Assembly (NCBI RefSeq): GCF_002113885.1
Contig: NW_018479914.1
Span: 1-64,000, forward strand
Direction: 5' to 3'
DNA: 64,000 bases
Origin: Mizuhopecten yessoensis
Lineage: Eukaryota
In this document: positions 55,701 through 64,000 of the stretch, piece by piece
Position numbering within the stretch: the first letter of the stretch is position 1
How the letters are laid out: each line of letters starts with the position of its first letter
Notes under the pieces: generated by a model
Told to the model about the DNA's origin: nothing
Seen by the model: only the letters and a program-made list of their open reading frames with translations
The model's database searches: none
Position numbers and translations under genes: made by a program

Positions 55701-58700
55701 TGAGAGCACTTAAGGTAATGACATATAACACGAAGGATATACTGAGAGCACTTAAGGTAAAGACGTATAACACGAGAGATATACTGAGAGCACTTTAGGT
55801 AATGACGTATAACACGAGAGATATACTGAGAGCATTTGAAGTAATGACGTGTAACATGAGAGATATACTGAGAGCACTTAAGGTAAAGACGTATAACATG
55901 GGAGATATAATTAGAGCATTTAAGGTAATGACGTATAACACGAGAGATATACTGAGAGCACTTAAGGTAAAGACGTATAACATGAGAAATATACTGAGAG
56001 TATTTAAGGTAAAGACGTATAATATGAGAGATATACTGAGAGCATTTAAGGTAATGACGTATAACATTAGTTATATACTGAGAGCACTTAAAGTAATGAC
56101 ATATAACATGAGAGATATACCGAGAGCACTCAAGTTAATGACGTATAACATGAGCTCGAGGGATACACTGAGAGCACTTAAGGTAATGACGTATAACACG
56201 AGATATACTGAGAGCACTTAAGGTAACGACGTATAATATAATAGACTTAAGGTAATGACGTATAACATGAGATACACTTAGAGCGCTTAAGGTAATGACG
56301 TATAATATAATATAATTGAGGTAATGACATATAACATGGGAGATAACGTAAAACAATCATTCAACATGTTACAATTTTTTATCAGGTGTTGAGATAAATG
56401 TGAGTTAGTTCAAAGTGAATATGTACTTCGAGCAGCTTGATGCCAATCAGTGCTATTCTAAAGTTGATTGATATGTTAAGAGATATTTTCATAATTGAAA
56501 GCACTGAGTTTGTTATAAAGTTAGTCAACTTGTCAAGAAAAGTGTGTTTTCGGTTGTAGTGCATGCACGATAATGGAGTGGTCCACTTTGACGTGAAGGT
56601 AGGTTGAACAGTTTGTTTTAATTTACACGTGCACAATGTAACTCTTCTTAAACAATATAAGTACATCATAAATATACATTGATAATTTATACAATGTATA
56701 TATCAACTACATGCTTTCAACATACACTAGTTCAGAGATAGCCATTGTACAGTATTTCAGGGCACATCCTCCTATAAACCTAAAACTAGTTTAGATAGAA
56801 TACATTATACACTGGTTTGTTATGTGTTTTAAGTGCACAAGACATTTGTAACAGAACCGATCTGGGTCATTCACTAATGACTTTGTATAGTTCGTAAAAC
56901 CGGTACTTGTCGTTGTCATTTTCTTTCTGACTATTTGGCGTCAAATTATTTTGTTAAATAAGAGAGGAATGTACCGGAACTGATTTGGATTAATCGCCTG
57001 AGACAAAGTACATGTAGCTTAGTTGGAGAAATTGCCCATCTACAATTTAAAGGTCGGAAGTCCGGGATTCGAATCCAGGTCTGATCAAGTTTTGTAATTC
57101 TTTATTGATCGTAAACTGATACAGTTTATAGATACAACCTTTGCATTAAACTTAATTACAACAAATATTTCCAGGGCCATTCCATTAATACAATATTTAA
57201 TTATCTACTAAATAGTTTGCTCGTAATATGTTCGTTGATGGACAAATGTTCCTAAATTACACAATTCTTTCGTATTTACAGATGATAGAAATATAACTAA
57301 TTTAAAGACGGAGGGATTTATTCGATTATAGGGCTTAATATATTTGGTTCTCAAATCATTATACAAGGGGCATTTTAACATGAAATGATATTCGTCCTCG
57401 ATGTCATTAAGACACAAGGCAAGTTCGAAGCTGACGTGGAACATGGGTGTGTCTGCCTGATTCGATAAGAAGACAATGTGAAATTAAACGTAATCTAACA
57501 ATAGCTTTTATATAATAGGCAGGAATTGGTTTTGAAAGATGAGTTTGCAATGCTAAGTGATCTACAATATGCCTGTATAAAACACATTTTGGTGGCGAAA
57601 CAAAAAAAGTCTCACACTTTTGCTTGAAATTGTCTAATAAACGTTGTTTAACAATATATATAAAATTGTTTGCATTTATAATATGTTGGGAAACCCAAAT
57701 GTCCATCATACCTAATGAGTAGAGCTCGTGTTTGACTTTCGCAACCCAGTTTTTTACAATTTGGATTAGCCCCACATTCGTTGTACATGTACTCGTAACA
57801 TCCTTTTAAAATACAACTGTTGATAGGGGTTAACTTACACCAGTATTTAAATATTCTTAATTTGCGTAAGAGGGACAATGGGAACCTCCCCAGTTCAAAG
57901 TATACCATAGCATTTGGTGTCGACAGTTTAACTCCAAGAATATTTTTACAAAAATCTAATTGTACCCTCTCAATGTCAGGGGCTGTATGGAATCCCCATA
58001 CTTCACTACTATATCCCGCCACACTTCCTACAGATGTGTCAAAGAGACTCAATAATGTGGAAAAATTTAAAAACATTGGTACACAAGCCGAAATTAATGA
58101 GAATAATGCTTTCCTACATTGTGATGCTAACTGTTTTTCGATAAATTAAAGTTTGCACTTTTCCTTTTTCATGTGTATAACCTATCCAGTTAATCATTCA
58201 AATTACATGAATACAGTTACACAATAATATTCACATTAAATCATTACACTTGTTAAATCAACATTTATACTCTTTTCAGCCTGAAAATCTTCTGTATGAA
58301 AGCAACAAAGACCATTCAAAACTGAAATTAGGTGGGTATGACAATAAAGCTATATCCAAAAGTGGCACATAAACAATATCACAGCCAATGCCAATAGGTC
58401 CCTAGGTTTTCTCAAACGCAACCTGAAAATAAACTCACCACATATAAAAGAACATGCATACAAAGCACTAGTTAGGCCTAAACTTGAATACTGCTCTTCC
58501 ATTTGGGATCCACACAACACAAACCAAATTAAACAAATAGAAAAAACACAACGAAGAGCAGCACGCTACGTACACAGCAGATACCACAACACTAGTTCCG
58601 TAACAGACATGATCCACACACTTCAATGGCCAACACTACAAACACGACGCTTATACACTAGAATTATCCTTTTTTACAAAATTATACACAGAATCGTAGC

Positions 58701-61700
58701 TTTAAACCCAACACATATACTCACACCTGTAGACCCCCGCACCAGACAAGTACACCCGTACGCATACAAACACATATCTGCTACAAAGGACACCTGATGA
58801 CCAGTGTGTTAAATAAACTATGTTCTTTTTGTTGTCCATTAGATGCTGTATATAAGTACTAAGTAATGGTTTTGTTATCAGTCCTTGTTTTCGGGGAGCG
58901 TGTAGATCGACACGTATACTAAGTAGCTGGTATAACACTAGCCCTTGTTGTTTTTAGTAGTTGTTTTAGAGAGAAAAGGGTTTTATTGTCTCTGTTATCA
59001 GAAATGTTAAAAAACAGTTTCCTGATCACAAGATTAAGTATAATTGCTAATATACAAGTCTGTCATTTAATTGGACCGATAAGTAAGTAACGGTATAAGT
59101 GTGTCAATAGTAACGGCACAAGTCTAGAACAAATTCTTTCATTCATGTCAAGGTATCTATTTCTATTGTTCTAACTCAGATAACTTGTTTTATTTTATGT
59201 ATACAGAGAATAGTTTTAAAAAAATACACTTTTTTTGGTATGTATAGACAAACATTTATGAATAAATGTTTTTATATTTGTTGTATAGCCTGCCCTCGTA
59301 CCAGCTATGTTGCATATAATGTCTCCTGCTGGTACAATATCACGTTTTAGCGAAGTGTGACAGAGTCTTGTACCGTTGTTGGTGATAAATGTATGTATGT
59401 TACAGCCGACTTCGCTCTGCACCGTATAATAGCTGGTGATGTGAGATCTAACTCTGTCTGCGAGTCACCGGGATACGTTCGTAAGTACAAAACATATATC
59501 ATATGTATCATAGCTGGTGAACGTTATTATATATTTCTATAGACGTCAGTGACATAGTCGTTCGTTACGTACCGGTAAACGTGTATTGCAAAACCATGCG
59601 TTATATAAGCACGGGTTCCAACGCATACATTGTATAAACCTGGGTTACCAAGACATTCGTTATATGGGCGTGGGTTACAATAAAATGTTACATAGGCGTG
59701 GATTGCAGTGAAATGTTATATTGGCGTAAGTTACAATAAAATGTTATATAGGCGTGGGTTACAATAAAATGTTATATAGGCGTGGGTTACAATGAAATGT
59801 AACATGGGCGTGGATTGCAGTGAAATGTTATATTGGCGTAGGTTACAATAAAATGTTATATAGGCGTGGGTTACAATAAAATGGTATATAGGCGTGGATT
59901 ACAATTAAATGTTATAAAGGCATGGGTTACAATAAAATGTTAATTAGGCGTGGGTTACAATGTAATGTTATAAAGGCGTAGGTTACAATAAAATGTTATA
60001 TAGGCGTGGGTTACAGTGAATGTAACATGGGCGTGGATTGCAGTGAAATGTTATATTGGCGTAGGTTACAATAAAATGTTATGTAGGCGTGGGTTACAAT
60101 AAAATGGTATATAGGCGTGGATTACAATTAAATGTTATAAAGGCATGGGTTACAATAAAATGTTAATTAGGCGTGGGTTACAATGTAATGTTATAAAGGC
60201 GTAGGTTACAATGAAATGTTATATAGGCGTGGGTTACAGTGAAATGTAACATGGGCGTGGGTTCCAATTAAATGTTACATGGGCGTGGGTTACAATGAAA
60301 TGTTATATAGGCCTGGGTTACAATAACATGTTACATGGGCGTGGGCTACAATAAAATGTTACATAGGCGTGGGTTACAATGAAATGTGATATAGGCGAGG
60401 GTTACAATGAAATGTCATATAGGCGTGGGTTACAATGAAATGTTACATGGGCGTGGGTTACAATAAAATGTTACATGGGCGTGGGTTACAATAAAATGTT
60501 ATATAGGCGTGGGTTACAATACAATGTTACATAGGCGTGGGTTACAATGAAATGTTATATAGGCGTGGGTTACAATGAAATGTTATATATGCGTGGGTTA
60601 CAAAAACATTCGTTACAAGCGGACCATAACAAGGCTTTAAGNAAATATAACAATAATGTAGTGGTTAATATAACAATATACAACAGTGGTTAATATAACA
60701 ATACTGTAGTGGTTAATATAACAATATACAATAGTGGTTAATATAACAATACTGTAGTGGTTAATATAGCAATACAGTAGTGGTAAATATAACAATACTG
60801 TAGTGGTTAATATAACAATATACAATAGTGGTTAATATAACAATACTGTAGTGGTTAATATAACAATACTGTAGTGGTTAATATAGCAATACAGTAGTGG
60901 TAAATATAACAATACTGTAGTGGTTAATATAACAATATACAACAGTGGTTAATATAACAATACTATAGTGGTTAATATAACAATACTGTAGTTGTTAATA
61001 TAGCAATAGAGTTGTGGTTAATATAACAATACAGTAGTGGTTAATATATCAATACAGTAGTGGTCAATATAGCATTATACAGTAGTGGTTAATATAACTA
61101 TACAGTAGTGGTTAATATAACAATACAGAAGTGGTTAATATAGCAATACAGAAGTGGTTAATATAGCAATAGAGTTGTGGTTAATATATCAATACAGAAG
61201 TGGTTAATATAACAATACAGTAGTGGTAAATATAACATTATACAGTAGTGGTTGATATAACAATACAGTAATGGTTATGATATAACGATACAGTAATGGT
61301 TAATATATCAATACTGTAGACGTTAATATAACAATACAGTAGTGATTAATATAACATTATACAGTAGTGGTTAATATAACATTATACAGTAGTGGTTAAT
61401 ATAACATTATACAGTAGTGGTTAATATAACATTATGCAGTAGTGGTTAATATAACAATACAGCAGTGGTTAATATAATAATACTGTAGTGGTTAATATAA
61501 CAATACAGTAGTGGTCAATATAACAATACAGAAGTGGTTAATATAACAATACAGTAGTGGTTAATATAGCAATATAGTTGTGGTTAATATAACAATACAC
61601 AAGTGGTTAATATAACATTATACAGTAATAGTTAATATAGATAAATAATATCTCCCGAATAAATATTAACAGTCTTAAAATGGACACTCGATACAGCTGA

Positions 61701-63803
61701 TATAGAGTATAGCATATACTTTATATCATATCCAACATTGCTTTTACCGTGAGGACAATTTAAAACGACTCATATAAATATAATATATAACAAAAATATT
61801 TCGTGGACAGTGTATAAATATTATATTACATTAAGACTATATATTTTATCAAATAACTGTTGCGTACATTATGACACAATAAATGTATAAGATGGCTCAC
61901 AGTGTGTAGTATGATGATTCATATACAATGCTACATAACATAGGCGAGTCATAACATGACATGAAATTTACATGACATGGATGTATTTTAAAAAATATAT
62001 CTACAATATGCACTATAACATCTTTTTTCCCCAGACTATGCGGTGTTGAACCATTCGAAAGCGTAAATCATGATGTTGGCGAGATATACAAGAAAATTCT
62101 CAAAGTAGATTACAAGTTTGATCCGACAGTCTGGTCGAAAATAAGCGAAAATGCAAAGGTTAGTACTATTGACTTAACACAATAAGAAAGGAGGTTTCGC
62201 CTCCTTGATCACCTGAGCCCGTATTCATGAAATCGTTCTTATGCTCAAGTATGGATTTTAAGCCTAATTTCTTGTTTCAGTAATAAATCAATAAAAAAGC
62301 CTAATTTGTCAATGCTTCGGAAAAATTTGAAGAGACTCAAAAAAGCATAAGGTTTTCAATATTTACATTTGACGTTTTTGATCATTTGACATGATTTAAG
62401 GGAGTGACAAGAAAACTGATTTGAGCACAGAATCAATGTTTGATCATGAGAACGGTTTCATGAATATGGACCCTGAGTTTTCCCAGTACTTGATCTTTTC
62501 TATTAAAGATAGTATTTGCAGAAATGTTCGTTGCATAATGACGAATTTGTACTTTATTTCATTATTATTATATTAAACTTTTAAGTGCATATTCAGGGAG
62601 AAAGTGCATAACTTAACTTCATTTGAATGAAGTTGACCTTACGCTGATACTGTATTTTTATTTATCTTTGTCAAAAAGAGTCATCGAAATATTGTATATA
62701 CGTCGGTATTAATTCATCAGCCTACTATTAATGACATATCTGAGTTTTCCGTTACAAGTAAGTACACAAATATAAACGTACCTTCATGCTTTGTCTACTT
62801 ACATGTACTTACAGGATTTTATTACAAGATTATTACAAAAAGATCCCAGGAAGAGATTGTCAGTAGACGCAGCTCTCCGACACCCTTGGGTAATTGGCAC
62901 GGCCGCAAAAGGTGACCATCTCATCGAAACCCAGGAGAAAATCCGAGAGTTTAACGCCAGAAGGAGGTTGAAGGTATGGCTTCGTGTTTGTATTGTTTAG
63001 TGGTCCATCGACAATGATGCGAGTCATTTTGGGCCAAACGTGAAAGATAAGGCATCACCATGAAATATTATAAACACACAGCAATGTGAAGGACACAATT
63101 GAAACTCAATACAACGTATAATATAACAACAATGCGAAGGTGCATGCCAAAGAGAAAATGATGCAAAGTGAAGACACATGAATGTAATTGACTACAATGT
63201 GAAAGTGAGACATCGATGAAAAGGTGAAATATAACGACATAAAGTTAAGTCAAATAACGATAAGACAGCAATGTGAAGGTAACAAACAACGACGCAAAGG
63301 TAAGGCACATCGAAGTAACGATAAGACAGCAATGTGAAGGTAAAACACAACGACGCAAAGGTAAGGCACATAAAAGTAACGATAAGACAGCAATGTGAAG
63401 GTAAAACAACGACGCGAAGGTAAGGCACATCAAAGTAATGATAAGACAGCACTATGAAGGTAAAACACAAAGACGCAAAGGTAATGCACATCAAAGTAAC
63501 GATAAGGCAGCGTATAAAGGCAACACAACGATGCAATTTTCGGGTTCGGGTTTATTCCCTTATAGAATAATATAAAGCCGTCGTTATGTTATACGTCGAC
63601 TGTGAATTTACATTGTGTCGCGACTATTGTCTAGCAATCATTCATACAGTAATTTGAATAGATGGTAGTGCCATATTTCTTGTGTATTTTAGGCTGCAGT
63701 GGGAGGGGTTCTCTTCGCATCCAAAGCTGCTAGGATGATGAGCAACATGAGGGCAAGTGTGACAATACAGGTGGACAACAACCAGATATCTACAGACGCA
63801 TAG
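49649..63803 (+). CDS. CAMK4: calcium/calmodulin-dependent protein kinase type IV-like (divergent); one exon missing from the assembly
   Basis: Exons 49649-49746, 50000-50078, 51056-51118, 52354-52436, 52792-52864, 56560-56598, 58280-58331, 59406-59480, [missing], 62035-62158, 62815-62973, 63693-63803. CaMKIV-type signatures YWISGSIRD, ELGRG, YAVK, MELVTGGELFDRIV, LCGVEPF, HPWVIGTAA..QEKIREFNARRRLKAAV. The symbol denotes the family; orthology is not established. Confidence 0.9.
50000..50078 (+). CDS. CaMKIV-like exon 2
   Basis: GTSAVVYRCEHVGTKKAYAVKKIPKQ (Gly loop, beta3 Lys). Confidence 0.92.
51056..51118 (+). CDS. CaMKIV-like exon 3
   Basis: KNRKVVPADVGNLLHIRHPNV; tttcag / GTAAGT. Confidence 0.9.
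51254..52000. repeat. 31-33-bp minisatellite in kinase intron 3, with its ~75-bp leader duplicated (51254 and 51841)
   Basis: Unit aagtgaaatatctagcatatctcatcagacaat / ...cagattt. Confidence 0.9.
52354..52436 (+). CDS. CaMKIV-like exon 4
   Basis: IHITELYETKTHIYLMMELVTGGELFDR. Confidence 0.95.
52792..52864 (+). CDS. CaMKIV-like exon 5
   Basis: IVARGSFSEKDAAEAMRDILRALK; donor AAG|GTAATT. Confidence 0.92.
52837..56345 (+). repeat. 42-bp minisatellite (~83 copies) spanning the exon 5/intron 5 junction
   Basis: Unit catgagagatatactgagagcacttaag|gtaatgacgtataa; the first copy is the coding end of exon 5. Confidence 0.96.
56560..56598 (+). CDS. CaMKIV-like exon 6 (catalytic loop)
   Basis: CMHDNGVVHFDVK; ttgtag / AAG|GTAGGT; phase 0-0 fits both neighbours. 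Confidence 0.9.
57015..57085 (+). mobile_element. degenerate tRNA-like SINE head
   Basis: A box tagcttagttgg, B box ggattcgaatcc; no intact cloverleaf. Confidence 0.5.
57208..58142 (-). mobile_element. 5'-truncated, frameshifted non-LTR retrotransposon ORF2 C-terminus (RTEX-like)
   Basis: Three overlapping minus-strand ORFs: EKQLASQCRKALF..GYSSEVWGF..IERVQLDFCKNILGVK..ELGRFPL; RLRLISHCLLIESGRH; C-terminal Zn-knuckle CLNDIEDEYHFMLKCPLYNDLR. Confidence 0.88.
58280..58331 (+). CDS. CaMKIV-like exon 7
   Basis: PENLLYESNKDHSKLKL; tcttttcag / GTGGGT. Confidence 0.93.
58363..58797 (+). mobile_element. CR1-group LINE fragment (post-RT region)
   Basis: WHINNITANANRSLGFLKRNL..AYKALVRPKLEYCSSIWDPH..IEKTQRRAARYV..SSVTDMIHTLQWPTLQTRR. 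Confidence 0.9.
59406..59480 (+). CDS. CaMKIV-like exon 8 (DFG-equivalent and activation loop)
   Basis: ADFALHRIIAGDVRSNSVCESPGYV; ttacag / GTAAGT. Confidence 0.92.
59600..60620. repeat. 28-bp minisatellite (~35 copies)
   Basis: Unit ggcgtgggttacaataaaatgttatata. Confidence 0.93.
60643..61640. repeat. 23-25-bp minisatellite (~42 copies) starting at the single-N gap
   Basis: Unit gtggttaatataacaatacagta. Confidence 0.93.
62035..62158 (+). CDS. CaMKIV-like exon 10
   Basis: LCGVEPFESVNHDVGEIYKKILKVDYKFDPTVWSKISENAK; ttttttccccag / GTTAGT. Confidence 0.93.
62216..62472. mobile_element. MITE, PIF/Harbinger-like
   Basis: Imperfect ~25-bp TIRs agcccgtattcatgaaatcgttctt / gagaacggtttcatgaatatggacc, flanked by a 3-bp CTG duplication (62213-62215, 62473-62475). 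Confidence 0.7.
62815..62973 (+). CDS. CaMKIV-like exon 11
   Basis: DFITRLLQKDPRKRLSVDAALRHPWVIGTAAKGDHLIETQEKIREFNARRRLK. Confidence 0.95.
63245..63535. repeat. ~60-bp tandem repeat (~5 copies) in the last kinase intron
   Basis: Unit aagtaacgataagacagcaatgtgaaggtaaaacacaacgacgcaaaggtaaggcacatc. Confidence 0.88.
63693..63803 (+). CDS. CaMKIV-like last exon (end of calmodulin-binding helix, stop)
   Basis: AAVGGVLFASKAARMMSNMRASVTIQVDNNQISTDA*; tattttag acceptor. Confidence 0.88.
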   Translation, partial: AAVGGVLFASKAARMMSNMRASVTIQVDNNQISTDA

Positions 63804-64000
63804 ACAGTGTATTGCCGGAATAATTGGCCGATAAACATCGACAGTTTGAGTGGGGCACGACACCAAAACAGTTTGACTGGTACAATATACCAAGACACTT
63901 TGACCAAGACAGTTTAACGGGGACACGACACAAGGACAGTTTGGCCGAAACACGTCAACAAGACCGTTGGTCGATACATTTAGACCGATTCAAATGGACA

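Noticed and set aside
52618-56356. Hydrophobic minus-strand ORFs resembling multi-pass membrane proteins
   Set aside because: Antisense read-through of the 42-bp array.
59543-59574. Candidate replacement for the missing kinase exon 9 (tag|...ccg|gtaaac)
   Set aside because: Its phase (1 to 0) does not fit exon 10 (phase 2), and the peptide has no kinase subdomain VIII/IX similarity.

Overview
AT-rich, intron-rich animal genomic DNA from a gapped assembly (N runs at 2125, 3079-3434, 41032-41492, 60642). The repeat types suggest a mollusc, probably a bivalve (inference). Two spliced + strand genes can be rebuilt by hand with GT-AG sites and consistent phases. (1) An 8-coding-exon, 405-aa type I membrane protein (signal peptide, 2 CUB domains, Thr-rich stalk, TM helix, Pro-rich tail; 25733-37308). 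(2) A CaMKIV-like kinase (49649-63803) with 11 visible coding exons; one more exon is missing and probably lies in the gap at 60642. The kinase is atypical: alphaC E>D, HRD>HFD, DFG>DFA, activation loop TVCGT>SVCES. A 42-bp minisatellite of about 83 copies is built from the end of kinase exon 5 plus its splice donor, giving an in-frame ladder of candidate donors. About a third of the window is unrelated minisatellite arrays, including an apparently perfect 35-bp array of about 150 copies. The rest includes two LINE fragments, a tRNA-derived V-type SINE and a MITE. The giant ORFs in the supplied track are repeat read-through, not genes.
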